Positions 20,009 to 29,829 of a DNA stretch of 64,000 nt are shown in pieces. The translations under genes and the position numbers were made by a program. The stretch spans positions 62,001 through 126,000 of the IMG/VR virus record IMGVR_UViG_3300028676_000005; one strand, written 5' to 3'. Numbering within the stretch: position 1 is the first letter of the stretch; each line of letters begins with the position of its first letter. The notes beneath the pieces were generated by a model, which saw nothing but the letters and a program-made list of their open reading frames with translations, made no database searches and was not told the origin of the DNA.

Positions 20009-20395
20009 TTAGTTGAACGCTTGATCGCCAACGTCAGTTAGGAAATCATGAATGGCTTCACGATCATTGGGCTTTTGTTTAGGAATAAGACTACGCAGAG
20101 TAGTCTGGTTTATAAAGCCTTGCAGGACGCTATCATTTTCGGAGTAGACCGACTTAAGACCGTAGACAAGTTCGTTGCCATGCGAATCTAACTGGGCTTC
20201 ACGCAGATACAGCCCAAAAAGCATTTGAATTTCTTCATTACGCTGCTCTGCAAATGCCTTACCACGACGTGCTAAGTTTTCTTCATAGCACTTACCGCCG
20301 GGTCGGTAAGACATGGCCCCAGCCAATTTTTGAGAAAATTGCAAACGCTTACGTGCCAGCGCTTCTTGTTGCTTTACTTCTTTAGATTTAGCCAC
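20009..20395 (-). CDS. Hypothetical protein
   Basis: 128 aa, GTG start with AAGGAG SD. Confidence 0.75.
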   Translation of the reverse strand: MAKSKEVKQQEALARKRLQFSQKLAGAMSYRPGGKCYEENLARRGKAFAEQRNEEIQMLFGLYLREAQLDSHGNELVYGLKSVYSENDSVLQGFINQTTLRSLIPKQKPNDREAIHDFLTDVGDQAFN

Positions 20396-20404
20396 GGTAA
20401 CTCC

Positions 20405-20668
20405 TTAATCAATAATAGTAAGCTGCGAGTTAGTTAACCCACGACCAACACCGGCAGATTGGTTAACAGTCCTTTGAAGACGGGAGAGTTCCATTTGCAA
20501 CTCGCCATTTTTAATAGCAGCCCGTTCACGCTCAAGAACATTGTTAGAAGAATAGAGCGTGTTACGGTTCTGCCTCATCAAAGTTTCAATTTCACCAATT
20601 CGTGCTATAGCACACCGACGGTTAGTTCTCGTTTTACGAAAACTGGCCATGTCCACTACGGTACCCAT
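20405..20668 (-). CDS. Small coiled-coil protein
   Basis: 87 aa, TAATG coupling. Confidence 0.75.
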   Translation of the reverse strand: MGTVVDMASFRKTRTNRRCAIARIGEIETLMRQNRNTLYSSNNVLERERAAIKNGELQMELSRLQRTVNQSAGVGRGLTNSQLTIID

Positions 20669-20865
20669 TACAGTTGGAACTCCGACTCAAGAGCGTCTAC
20701 CAACTCGTCCAGCCCATCAGCTGCATCAGTAAGTTGGTCTTGGTCATCCCACGCCACCCATTTGCCGTCAATTGGGTCAAACTCTAGACCCAAGCTGATG
20801 TCATTTTCTTTGCAGTGGTTCTGGATAGCTTTAAAACGGTCTTCTACAGATTTCTTAATACCCAT
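20668..20865 (-). CDS. Small acidic hypothetical protein
   Basis: 65 aa, AGGGGA SD. Confidence 0.7.
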   Translation of the reverse strand: MGIKKSVEDRFKAIQNHCKENDISLGLEFDPIDGKWVAWDDQDQLTDAADGLDELVDALESEFQL

Positions 20866-20878
20866 TGTGTTCCCCTGG

Positions 20879-21217
20879 TTAGCGCTTCATTGCCGAATTG
20901 ATCAAAGGGTTATTCCAGTTAGCGTCCTCGGTCATCAGTTTGAGGAGAGACGGGCTAGACTTAACCAGCGGACTCATCTCCACTTCAAACCGACCACCTT
21001 TACGAATGTGCAGGTTGCCAAGGTGGATACCATGTTCGATGCTGGTGAACTCAACAAAGTCACCTTCGTTGCAATAGCTGATTGCCAGTTGCAGCATACG
21101 AGGCATCGCAGTGTCGAAATAACCATAGTGGCGAGTCAAGATGACATCTTTAGATCGGCCGCGCATCATTACTGCAAGAACACGGCGACGACCAAGTTGG
21201 TTAAGATCGTTACTCAT
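20879..21217 (-). CDS. Hypothetical protein
   Basis: 112 aa, GAGGA SD. Confidence 0.75.
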   Translation of the reverse strand: MSNDLNQLGRRRVLAVMMRGRSKDVILTRHYGYFDTAMPRMLQLAISYCNEGDFVEFTSIEHGIHLGNLHIRKGGRFEVEMSPLVKSSPSLLKLMTEDANWNNPLINSAMKR

Positions 21218-21248
21218 AGATAAATCCTCTACGTACTAAACAGTTAAA

Positions 21249-21551
21249 TTAGCAAATCTTTTTAATGGGAGACATGTCACCTTTGTAAAGCACCTCGTAC
21301 TCTTTTTCTAGCACGAGCAATTCAGCCATGACAGCCTTTTCAACAATGAGTTCTTTTTTAAACTCATTTGTCATATCCGGCTTAATAACCATCTGCTGAG
21401 CTTCAAGAAAAGCTACAACACGTTTTGAATGGTTACCAATAATAAAAGCAAGGTCTTGCAAACTAGACTTAGCCAGTTCGCCATATTCAGCCAGCTTTTG
21501 GTTGATACGGCGAATCGCCATAGCACGATAAATGCTAGTAACTGTTCCCAT
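21249..21551 (-). CDS. Hypothetical protein
   Basis: 100 aa, operon packing. Confidence 0.7.
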   Translation of the reverse strand: MGTVTSIYRAMAIRRINQKLAEYGELAKSSLQDLAFIIGNHSKRVVAFLEAQQMVIKPDMTNEFKKELIVEKAVMAELLVLEKEYEVLYKGDMSPIKKIC

Positions 21552-21552
21552 G

Positions 21553-21792
21553 TCAGTAGTTCCACGGTGAAGACTTGGTTACCAATGCGTTTGGAAACGC
21601 GCCCCAAAACTGATCACGCAGGCTATTGACAGTTGCCTCACACTGGGTGATCTCTTGCTTGAGCTCTACAGCTTCCACGCTGTCGTCACAGACTACCAAG
21701 TCTGCAATTAGCTCATTGGTATGACTGGTGAGGTTATTAAGCTCTACCGTCATCCTGGCCCTTTGCAGAGCCTCATCCTTATTGTATTCCAT
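21553..21792 (-). CDS. Small coiled-coil protein
   Basis: 79 aa, AGGAGG SD. Confidence 0.75.
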   Translation of the reverse strand: MEYNKDEALQRARMTVELNNLTSHTNELIADLVVCDDSVEAVELKQEITQCEATVNSLRDQFWGAFPNALVTKSSPWNY

Positions 21793-21848
21793 TACTTCCT
21801 CCTTTTAAAAATAAGAGATAGATTGGGGCTTTTTAGGCCCCAAGGTGA

Positions 21849-22274
21849 TCAGAACTTAGAGCGTTCAATTTGCTCGGCAGTAATGCCCGAGTAGAACGCA
21901 TCAATAGTCTGATGTGCGTTTTCAACGCTACCGTTACGGTACGTTTCCAACCACCGGGCCTTATGACCCACACCAACCCAACGGCCACCATTGAGACGGG
22001 AGAACGCAAGCGCCAGACCACGCAGGTCTTCCTTATGGAAAACGTGCATTGTCTTACGATCGTTACCCAACTCAACAGCAACCGTAAAGTCCAGCAAGAA
22101 CTCTGGAACTTCCTCTACAACTGTGTACGGAAGGTTAAACATGTCCATGTACCAATCTTCGGAACAGAACTTGATACCGTCCAACTCGCCCATGACCTGA
22201 CGACCATAGTTAAGCTCAAAGCCATCTTCGCCTTTACGGATCAGTACTTGAGCTACCAGACTTTTGTTGGTCAT
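21849..22274 (-). CDS. Hypothetical early protein
   Basis: 141 aa, first gene after an early promoter. Confidence 0.8.
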   Translation of the reverse strand: MTNKSLVAQVLIRKGEDGFELNYGRQVMGELDGIKFCSEDWYMDMFNLPYTVVEEVPEFLLDFTVAVELGNDRKTMHVFHKEDLRGLALAFSRLNGGRWVGVGHKARWLETYRNGSVENAHQTIDAFYSGITAEQIERSKF

Positions 22275-22295
22275 TGCAATTCCCCTTTGGAATAA

Positions 22296-22352
22296 TTAGT
22301 AATCAAATGATTTACTGTTACTTACTCACCCAGGTAATATAGGTTTGAAATG
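22296..22352. repeat. Direct repeat copy 1 (early promoter plus leader)
   Basis: 24-bp exact TTAGTAATCAAATGATTTACTGTT plus about 30 bp of similar sequence, shared with 34347-34402. Confidence 0.9.
22328..22347 (-). promoter_or_regulatory. Phage early promoter
   Basis: Minus strand CAAACCTATATTAC-CTGG-GT. Confidence 0.8.
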
Positions 22353-22361
22353 ATCTAGGAG

Positions 22362-22589
22362 TCAATGCATCGCCTGAAATACTTCACGATAACGATCCAG
22401 ATGTTGTTGTGCCAACTGGGTAGCTGTCGCCGCAAGTTTCATATAACGACGACGTTTCCAAGGCAACCAGGTTAACATTGCCATTTGGTTATAACTCAAT
22501 GCAAGTCCTAGGTGATGCCCAACAAGCATCCCACACTCTAACCGGAATTCCTTAGTAAGGATTGTTGGTATTGGTGTAATAGTTGACAT
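22362..22589 (-). CDS. Small hypothetical protein
   Basis: ATG 22589 after GGAG; 75 aa. Confidence 0.6.
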   Translation of the reverse strand: MSTITPIPTILTKEFRLECGMLVGHHLGLALSYNQMAMLTWLPWKRRRYMKLAATATQLAQQHLDRYREVFQAMH

Positions 22590-22788
22590 GATGATCTCCA
22601 TGGGTGTGTTAGTTAGCGGTAGTATGGCACTACCCTATTAAATTATAGACCCCCTCCCCAAATTAGTCTAAAGAATAGATAGCTAGTAAAAATCAACTAG
22701 GGGTATTTTTAAGCCACCGTTGCAATCTTATTTTAAACAATATTATGCCTTACTTAGACGCACTCTCTCCCTACCCTCGGGATTAACC

Positions 22789-23361
22789 ATGGCCATTCCA
22801 AGTAATCAATTGTTCCTGGATCGGTTCATCGAATATAACTCTGAGCGTTATAAAGATAACCCGTCCCTGGTTGCAATGTTTCAAGGGCTTACCCTTGACA
22901 AAGTCGAACTCACCAACCTTCGGGAAACTATTCTTGAAGATGGTAAGCCAGCCAACCTTTTTGATATCAAAGTTCCTGGAGTTTTTGTTGGTAAGAACCA
23001 AAAGTTCTATCCAGCGGATTACCTTGTACACAACGTAGCGGAGATCTCCAAGGATGAGCCCGTAACGTTGCAGGATCTCCCTGAAAAAGATACACCCGGC
23101 ATTTATACCGTTCTTCCAGAAGGCGGTAGCGCATTGGTACTTAAGGGCGGCAAGACTGAGGCGACAGTCAAGGCTCTGATTGAGGTTAAAGCCCTCTATG
23201 ACATTACCGATGCACAAATCACCATTAACACAGACCTTAGCTCTCTGACAATTAAGTCACCTACTATCGTGGGTACTTTGTACGTTACTGAAAGCATGTT
23301 TGACGATCTACTTCGCTATAACGGAAAACACCGTGCAGACGGTTCCGTTCGAGCACTCTAG
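22789..23361 (+). CDS. Putative tail/baseplate-associated protein
   Basis: Start moved to ATG 22789; C-terminal RYNG..R.DG motif typical of genes preceding tail fibres; N-terminal paralogue of 44522-45118. Confidence 0.65.
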   Translation: MAIPSNQLFLDRFIEYNSERYKDNPSLVAMFQGLTLDKVELTNLRETILEDGKPANLFDIKVPGVFVGKNQKFYPADYLVHNVAEISKDEPVTLQDLPEKDTPGIYTVLPEGGSALVLKGGKTEATVKALIEVKALYDITDAQITINTDLSSLTIKSPTIVGTLYVTESMFDDLLRYNGKHRADGSVRAL

Positions 23362-23376
23362 TCAGGAGATAATGTA

Positions 23377-26300
23377 ATGGCTATTGATGATGAAACAGTA
23401 ACGCCCGCAGATCTTCCCCCCATTGTTGAACAGGCAACATGGACCGAGCACATGCCGGCTATCGTGTCTGATGTTCTGATGCAGGCCAAGGTAGACGGCA
23501 CTGGGGTAATGAACTTCCAGGCTCGGGTCATGGATGCTCGTACCCGGTATTTGAAGAAGCAAGTTGAAGAACTGCTCCTTCAAGGCATTAACGTTATCGG
23601 CACGCTGAATAGCGAAGCTGAACTGGATGCCATCGATACAGACACCCTGAAGAAAGGCGACTCTTATTTTGTAGAAGGGTCTCTCCGCGTTTGGAACATG
23701 CTCGAATGGATCAACTCCGGTTCGTTGCTTGGTCCTCGTGGTATCACCCTTCTTGGCACCTGGCCTAATGGCAACCCCCTCCCTGACGTTGACTCCGGCA
23801 CCGTTGGTGACGCTTACGTCTGGAAGAGTGACATCTGGTTGCTGGTACCTGGCCAAGGTGATGATCCTCGCTCGTGGGTCTCCATTGGTCTGGAAGGTCC
23901 AGAAGGTATCAGCGCTTACCAAGTAGCCGTCAATAACGGGTTTAACGGCACTCAGCCTGCATGGCTTGCTAGCCTTGTTGGTAAGTCCGCTTATCAAACC
24001 TGGCGTGACATTGGCAACACTGGTACTCAGGCCGACTTCATTGCTTCCCTGGAAGGCAAAGATGCTTTCCAACTGTGGCTGTTGGAAGAAGGTAACGAAG
24101 GCAAAACCATTGAAGACTTCTTTGAGTTCTTCCGTGGTAAAACCGGTATCCAATGGCGTGCTGCTTGGGTAAGTGACACAGCTTACTTATTTGGCGATGC
24201 TGTTAGCCACAACGGCAGTTCTTTCTTTAACGCTTTGACCATTCCAAATACTAACCGTGAACCAGGTACTGGTAACAACGGTTGGCAGGTAATGGCTGCC
24301 AAAGGTGACAAGGGCGATCCAGCTGTACCGTTCTCCGTAATGGGTTCCAAGTCTACTGTTGAAGATCTTCCACGTCCTGGTGCCGCTACTCAAGCCTGGT
24401 ACGTTGGGTCTACTCTGTATGTCTGGGTTACTGATCTTCTGGATTACGTTGACCTGGATGGCATTGGTGGTTTGTCGGCTTACGAGCTTGCCAAACAAGA
24501 AGGTTTCCAGGGCACTCTCCAACAATGGTTGGTCTCACTGAAAGGTGAAAGTGCTTATCAGTTGGCTGTTGATGACGGTTACCCAGGTACCCTGCAACAA
24601 TGGCTCGCTAGCCTGAAAGGCAAGTCGTCTTATCAAAGCTGGCTTGACCAAGGTAACACTGGTGATGAGGCTGCTTTTGTAGCTAGCCTGAAATCCACTG
24701 AGCCGGGTATTAAAGGTGATCCGGGTCCTGCTCGTGCTCCATTCAAAGTCATGGGTGTCAAAGCGACCATTGGTCTGCTACCAACTCCGGGCCAAGAAGA
24801 CGAAGCCTGGTTTGTTGGTCAGAATCTGTACGTCTGGGTAGAAAGCGAAGCCCAGTATGCAGACATTGGTTCCATGGGCGGGATTGACGCATATGGCGTC
24901 GCGCAAGCCAATGGCTTTGCCGGTACCGTACAGGAATGGCTGGCTTCCTTGAAGTCTACCGAAGAAGGCCCTATGGGTCCTGCCGGTAAGAACCTGGTAG
25001 TAAAAGGTACTGTTGCTAACGCGGCGGTTCTGGACACCATTTCTAACCCGAATGACAATGACGCTTATGTCACTAACAATGACGGTCACCTGCACACTTA
25101 CATCCTCGACACCACCACCTGGGTAGACCTCGGCCCATTCCGTGGTTCTGACGGTAAGTCCTCTTACCAGATCTGGCTGGCTAATGGTCACGCAGGTTCT
25201 GAAATTGAGTTCCTGGCCAGTCTGAAAGGTAAAGACGGTACTAACGGTACTAGCGTTGTTATCCGTGGCTCGGTAGTTACTTTTGAAGAGCTACCTGCCA
25301 ACCCGCAAGATCAATGGGTTTACGCCGTACGCGACGTTAACACGTTGTATTGCTACGTTGTCAATGCTTGGGTATCGCTGGGTGAGTTCCGTGGCGAAAA
25401 CGGTACTGACGGTCAAAACGGTACTTCCATTGACATCGTCAAAGTACTGACTCCTGAAGACCAAACCATTCCGTCGGCTAGCGCTAACACTGGTAAAGCT
25501 TACATCAGCCTTGACAAGCGCATCATGTTGTCTGTGGGTGGTGTTTGGACTGATGGTGGTCCTGTCGGTGTTGCTGGTGACCGTGGTCAACAAGGTACTG
25601 GTCTGAAGCTTCGTGGTATTGTGCAGACTGTTTCTGGTTTGCCTGCTAAAGCTACGGCTGAAGAAGGGGATGGTTGGTTTACTTCTGTTGACAAGATGTT
25701 GTATGTCTTGACTGACGGTGAGTGGGCTGGTCCTTTCGACATCACTGGTCTTCAAGGTAAGGACGGTGAGATTGGTCCAGAAGGTATGCCTGGTAAGTCT
25801 ATCAACATCCTGGGTCAGTTTGACACCATGGCGTTGCTGGCTGCTGCTCACCCTACAGGTACACTGGGTGATGGTTATCTGGTTGGTACTGGCGACACTC
25901 CTCGTGACCTTGCTATCTGGTCGACTGAAGAAGGTGGCAAGTGGATTAACGTTGGCCTGATCCAAGGTCCTCCTGGTAAACAGGGCGAACGTGGTCCTAT
26001 CGGTATCGGTAAACCTGGTGAGAAAGGTCCACGCGGTAGCATGTGGATTACCTTGCCTGTTGGTCAGGATGCTCCGGCAGCTGGCTTTACTGGTTTGGTT
26101 GGTGACTGGGCTGTTTCCAGTTCCTTTAAAGTCTACTACAAAACCGCTGATCAGGGCTGGGTGTACTGGGGTCAACTGGTAGCCGGTGACGTTAACTCGC
26201 CAGTTCTGTCTGTTGGTAAAGTGGTTCGTCTTGGTAATGAATGGGTTCCGTTGCTTGTTGACGAAGCCCCAAACATGATCGATGGTGTTCCTTACGTCCG

Positions 26301-27048
26301 TATGTTGATCAGCGGTAATACTGACAACGAAGGTGAGTGGGTCGAACTGGTCTTCCCAGATCCTTTTGATGAGCCAACCGCTGATGGCAAGATGTATTTG
26401 CGTACTCGCGCAGTTGGTCAAGAGAAAGGTACCTGGACCGCACTTGGTAACTTCATTACTGAAGCTCCAGATGACGGTAAGTTGTATGGTCGGAGAAATC
26501 CAACTGGTGCGACTCCTGGTGGTTGGGAAGAGATTCCTGCAAGCATCTCCGACATTACTACCAAAGACGGTAAGTTGTACGCCCGTTCCTTTGCTACCGA
26601 CGGCACAACAGCTTTGTGGAAAGAGTTCACCACAATTGCTGACCTGCTGACCAAAGACGGTAAACAATACGCCCGTGTGTTTGAGAACGGCGGGACTACC
26701 CCAATCTGGAAAGAGATTGTCGCGCCTGTTTTTGACCGCTACTCGGTGAAATTGCTGGCTACCACTGCTGAACTGGATCTGAGCATCTGCCAAGCATTCA
26801 GTTTGAACGCCAGCGTGGCGCGTACCGTAACTTTCAAAGCAGGTACTGTCCCAGCCGCAGACCGTTCGATGACTGTGGTCATTGTTGTAAACGGTACTGG
26901 TACTATCACCTGGCCGACAACCATTACCTGGCACCAGAACACTCAACCTGTTCAAGGTGCTACCAGTACTGTTGTTGTTCTCATCTGGGATGGTATTGGT
27001 ATTGGTGCTGGTGGACGTTGGTTGGGTAGCGCTGGCGCTACTGTTTAA
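23377..27048 (+). CDS. Long tail fibre with collagen-like and repeated modules
   Basis: N-terminal NFQA..MDARTRYLK fibre motif; Gly-X-Y stretches; 8 SAYQ...G..GT...WL.SL.G repeats; foldon-like repeats; followed by an assembly chaperone. Confidence 0.9.
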   Translation: MAIDDETVTPADLPPIVEQATWTEHMPAIVSDVLMQAKVDGTGVMNFQARVMDARTRYLKKQVEELLLQGINVIGTLNSEAELDAIDTDTLKKGDSYFVEGSLRVWNMLEWINSGSLLGPRGITLLGTWPNGNPLPDVDSGTVGDAYVWKSDIWLLVPGQGDDPRSWVSIGLEGPEGISAYQVAVNNGFNGTQPAWLASLVGKSAYQTWRDIGNTGTQADFIASLEGKDAFQLWLLEEGNEGKTIEDFFEFFRGKTGIQWRAAWVSDTAYLFGDAVSHNGSSFFNALTIPNTNREPGTGNNGWQVMAAKGDKGDPAVPFSVMGSKSTVEDLPRPGAATQAWYVGSTLYVWVTDLLDYVDLDGIGGLSAYELAKQEGFQGTLQQWLVSLKGESAYQLAVDDGYPGTLQQWLASLKGKSSYQSWLDQGNTGDEAAFVASLKSTEPGIKGDPGPARAPFKVMGVKATIGLLPTPGQEDEAWFVGQNLYVWVESEAQYADIGSMGGIDAYGVAQANGFAGTVQEWLASLKSTEEGPMGPAGKNLVVKGTVANAAVLDTISNPNDNDAYVTNNDGHLHTYILDTTTWVDLGPFRGSDGKSSYQIWLANGHAGSEIEFLASLKGKDGTNGTSVVIRGSVVTFEELPANPQDQWVYAVRDVNTLYCYVVNAWVSLGEFRGENGTDGQNGTSIDIVKVLTPEDQTIPSASANTGKAYISLDKRIMLSVGGVWTDGGPVGVAGDRGQQGTGLKLRGIVQTVSGLPAKATAEEGDGWFTSVDKMLYVLTDGEWAGPFDITGLQGKDGEIGPEGMPGKSINILGQFDTMALLAAAHPTGTLGDGYLVGTGDTPRDLAIWSTEEGGKWINVGLIQGPPGKQGERGPIGIGKPGEKGPRGSMWITLPVGQDAPAAGFTGLVGDWAVSSSFKVYYKTADQGWVYWGQLVAGDVNSPVLSVGKVVRLGNEWVPLLVDEAPNMIDGVPYVRMLISGNTDNEGEWVELVFPDPFDEPTADGKMYLRTRAVGQEKGTWTALGNFITEAPDDGKLYGRRNPTGATPGGWEEIPASISDITTKDGKLYARSFATDGTTALWKEFTTIADLLTKDGKQYARVFENGGTTPIWKEIVAPVFDRYSVKLLATTAELDLSICQAFSLNASVARTVTFKAGTVPAADRSMTVVIVVNGTGTITWPTTITWHQNTQPVQGATSTVVVLIWDGIGIGAGGRWLGSAGATV

Positions 27049-27057
27049 ACCCTGAAT

Positions 27058-27085
27058 AACGGCGAGGTTTACACAACTCGCCGTT
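27058..27085 (+). terminator. Stem-loop after the fibre gene (terminator or processing site)
   Basis: AACGGCGAG/CTCGCCGTT stem with no strong U tract. Confidence 0.45.
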
Positions 27086-27107
27086 AACCCTTTAAGGAAC
27101 TAAAGAG

Positions 27108-27845
27108 ATGACTGAAGAAAGTAACATTGTTGCTGAAGATGAAGTCATTACGCAAACTGCTGGTGATGGAAGCGAAGTGATTATCCCAAATGAAAAGGTT
27201 GGTGTGAATACCCTCTTTATTGAGGTGGCCACCGGTCTCTATCCCGTAAGCCTTTACATGATCATCGAGAAATTCAAACCGATGAACATGTCGTTCTCCA
27301 TGACCCCACCTCGTGTTGATATCGAGAATTTGGGTTATGGTGTTGTCATGCCAATGCAGCGCCCTGAGGGCAATGTGGTAACTGAGGGTGTGCCCAAATT
27401 GGTTAATGGCCAGTGGGAACAAACCTGGGTTGTGCGTGATTACAACGAAAGTGAATTGGCCGCTCAACTTGAGTATGCCAAGATCACCGCCAACGACAAC
27501 ATCATGGCTGTTCGCAATGATGACTTTCAGTTGGGTATGACGTACACCGTTGGTGACAAGACTTTTAATGTGCAGTTGCGCGTTGAAGATCGTGTAAACT
27601 TGATGGGCATGTACATCATCGGCAAGGAAATGGTTGAAGCCAATATTGAACAATTGGAAGAATTCCGTAGCTTTGAAAATGAGTCGATCATGTTGACTCC
27701 GCAACAATCGGTAGATTTGGCTAAGGCCGCCATGGCTGCTGTTAAGGCAATCTACAAAACAACGTGGACACTGAAGGATCAAGTTGACGCAGCCACTACA
27801 GTTGCAGCTATTCCTGTAATTCCTTCTACGTTCATTCCTGCGTAA
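27108..27845 (+). CDS. Tail fibre assembly protein (DUF4376-like)
   Basis: EG.P.LVNGQW.QTW.V N-domain and a C-terminal ...WTLKDQVDAATTVAAI typical of fibre chaperones. Confidence 0.75.
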   Translation: MTEESNIVAEDEVITQTAGDGSEVIIPNEKVGVNTLFIEVATGLYPVSLYMIIEKFKPMNMSFSMTPPRVDIENLGYGVVMPMQRPEGNVVTEGVPKLVNGQWEQTWVVRDYNESELAAQLEYAKITANDNIMAVRNDDFQLGMTYTVGDKTFNVQLRVEDRVNLMGMYIIGKEMVEANIEQLEEFRSFENESIMLTPQQSVDLAKAAMAAVKAIYKTTWTLKDQVDAATTVAAIPVIPSTFIPA

Positions 27846-27903
27846 CAATTAAACAGGGTACAGACGAAAGTCTGTTCCCTGCTCTATCTCTGTGGGTGAT
27901 GAC

Positions 27904-28821
27904 ATGTTTGAAGCACTTTCCACCCGCCCTAATTTTGGTCCAGCCCCTCCAGGCCCAGGTGGTTGGGCGTCATTAACCAATAGCGCTGTTTCATACCTAG
28001 GTCGAGCAATTGCTTTTGGCGGTGACATCTTTATATTTGGTGGTCGCATCCCCTCTGCGCAAAGCAACTTAATACGTAAGTACAACATAGCTAGTAAAAG
28101 CTGGTCTAACGTTGGAACCCTTCCTTGGACAGGTGAATCTGCCGTTGCTGTTGTTATCGATGGTTTGATTTATGTTCATGGTGGCGCGGGTAGCGGGACT
28201 ACACGTTACGGTAACACTGTTTCTTTCAACCCGGTTACCAATGCTGTCACTGTATTAGCAGTTGGGTTAGCGGCTCGTGCTTCTGCTGCCGTAGCCATTG
28301 ACGGGAAGATGTATGTATTTGGTGGTGAGACTACCACTTATGTTAACACGTTGCGGTGTTACGACCCTACAACTAACACATGGATAACACTGTCGCCAAC
28401 CGGTAACGTTCCAGCTGCACGTGCGTTTCATGAAGCCGGTGTTATCAACGGCAAGATGTACGTTGTGAGTGGGTTTGCCACCGGAAGTCAAACTGTTAAA
28501 ACAATAGACATCTATGATCCAGCGACTAATGTTTGGGAACCGGTAATTAACCTTAACTTTGGGGTTTACGCGTGCGGTCTTGTGGTTATTGGTAAAAGGA
28601 TTTACGTGTGTGGTGGTATTGAACAACCAAGCACTACTTACGTTGATACAACCAGGGTTTATGACACCGATACTGGTCAATGGACTACAGTTCAACCAAT
28701 GTTCAAGAAAATGGCTTATCTACAGGTAACTATGTCCAATAATAAGTTGTACAGCATTGGTGGGTATGCCGTTTCTAGTGGCGGGCCAGTAGGAGACACT
28801 TCAGTATACACACCTTCTTAA
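27904..28821 (+). CDS. Kelch-repeat beta-propeller protein
   Basis: Six GG...YDP..N.W Kelch repeats (e.g. GKMYVFGG...YDPTTNTW); start moved to ATG 27904. Confidence 0.9.
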   Translation: MFEALSTRPNFGPAPPGPGGWASLTNSAVSYLGRAIAFGGDIFIFGGRIPSAQSNLIRKYNIASKSWSNVGTLPWTGESAVAVVIDGLIYVHGGAGSGTTRYGNTVSFNPVTNAVTVLAVGLAARASAAVAIDGKMYVFGGETTTYVNTLRCYDPTTNTWITLSPTGNVPAARAFHEAGVINGKMYVVSGFATGSQTVKTIDIYDPATNVWEPVINLNFGVYACGLVVIGKRIYVCGGIEQPSTTYVDTTRVYDTDTGQWTTVQPMFKKMAYLQVTMSNNKLYSIGGYAVSSGGPVGDTSVYTPS

Positions 28822-28834
28822 AGGAACCCCTGTT

Positions 28835-29821
28835 ATGTTAGAAACATTGGCAAGCACTGGGAGTAAATCCCAGGTAGACTTCCCCAATTCAGGACCGGGT
28901 AGCAAGCGATTGCAATTTGGTACTGATAAATTAGGTTATTTTGGCAGTGTCCCCCCATCACAATTCTTTACTGCCAATGAACTTAGAAAGCAGTTAAACT
29001 TTCAGTTAGGTTCTGATAACAATAACGACGCACTCAATTGGGTAAAGGCCTTTTATCAAGGTAAGGTACTGTTCTTTCCGCAGTTCCCTTTTGCAGCTGT
29101 CGTTACCTGGAACCAGTTATATGCAGCAGGCTTAGTTTATGGTGTTGACGGCCCTGGCGCTTATCCGGCTGGGTCGGGACCAGTAAACCAGTTCAAGTTG
29201 GTTAACATCGGGAGTGATGTATTTAAAGTACGTTTGTTTAATACATTTACCGAGGGTACTAACGATGGTTTTTGGAATAGGTCTAGCACTGCCCAAATAG
29301 CAGGTAACTCGCCCTTTTTAAGTGAATCGGAATGGTCAATGCTGTGTCAGTCACTTATACAAGGGGTTTCAGCTAACTACACCGGACCTAAGTGGGGAAT
29401 ATACCCATCCAATTCATTTTTGGCTTTAGGACGAGTAGGTGCTGCAAAGGATTCTTGCACGGACACTACTTACTCTGTAATGCTTTCCAATACACAGATA
29501 ACTGGTGGGCTTAAAACAGCCGCTAACTGGTGGTATCCGGTCTTGGAATTAATTCCAGGTGATCAGCGTCCACTGTTACCAGTGAATGGTATTGACGTTA
29601 ATGTAAATGGGCTACCAAGCCCAATGACAGTAGACGAGATTGTTCAAGACGTAGGGTTGACTAAATATCGCGTGATGTATAGCGAGGTTGTCTTTACACC
29701 GCCGAATCCAACTGTTGACGATATCACTTACGAAGGGTTTAACAAAATTCGTAGAACAGATATTCGTGTAATCACTACTGACCAATTCCAGCCCGTTGTT
29801 ACTGACATTACATACGCTTGA
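28835..29821 (+). CDS. Virion tail protein, phiKZ-type paralogue family
   Basis: GPG...L.FG...GYFG.V, WNQLY.AG.VYG and WYPVLEL motifs. Confidence 0.75.
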   Translation: MLETLASTGSKSQVDFPNSGPGSKRLQFGTDKLGYFGSVPPSQFFTANELRKQLNFQLGSDNNNDALNWVKAFYQGKVLFFPQFPFAAVVTWNQLYAAGLVYGVDGPGAYPAGSGPVNQFKLVNIGSDVFKVRLFNTFTEGTNDGFWNRSSTAQIAGNSPFLSESEWSMLCQSLIQGVSANYTGPKWGIYPSNSFLALGRVGAAKDSCTDTTYSVMLSNTQITGGLKTAANWWYPVLELIPGDQRPLLPVNGIDVNVNGLPSPMTVDEIVQDVGLTKYRVMYSEVVFTPPNPTVDDITYEGFNKIRRTDIRVITTDQFQPVVTDITYA

Positions 29822-29829
29822 GGTGAACC

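Noticed and set aside
22602-22788. Late promoters (TATG-type) upstream of plus-strand structural genes
   Set aside because: The motif is too short to call without transcript data.
25291-26955. 554-aa antisense ORF inside the tail fibre
   Set aside because: Shadow of GGT/ACT-rich codons; Thr/Ser/Gln-rich with no motifs.
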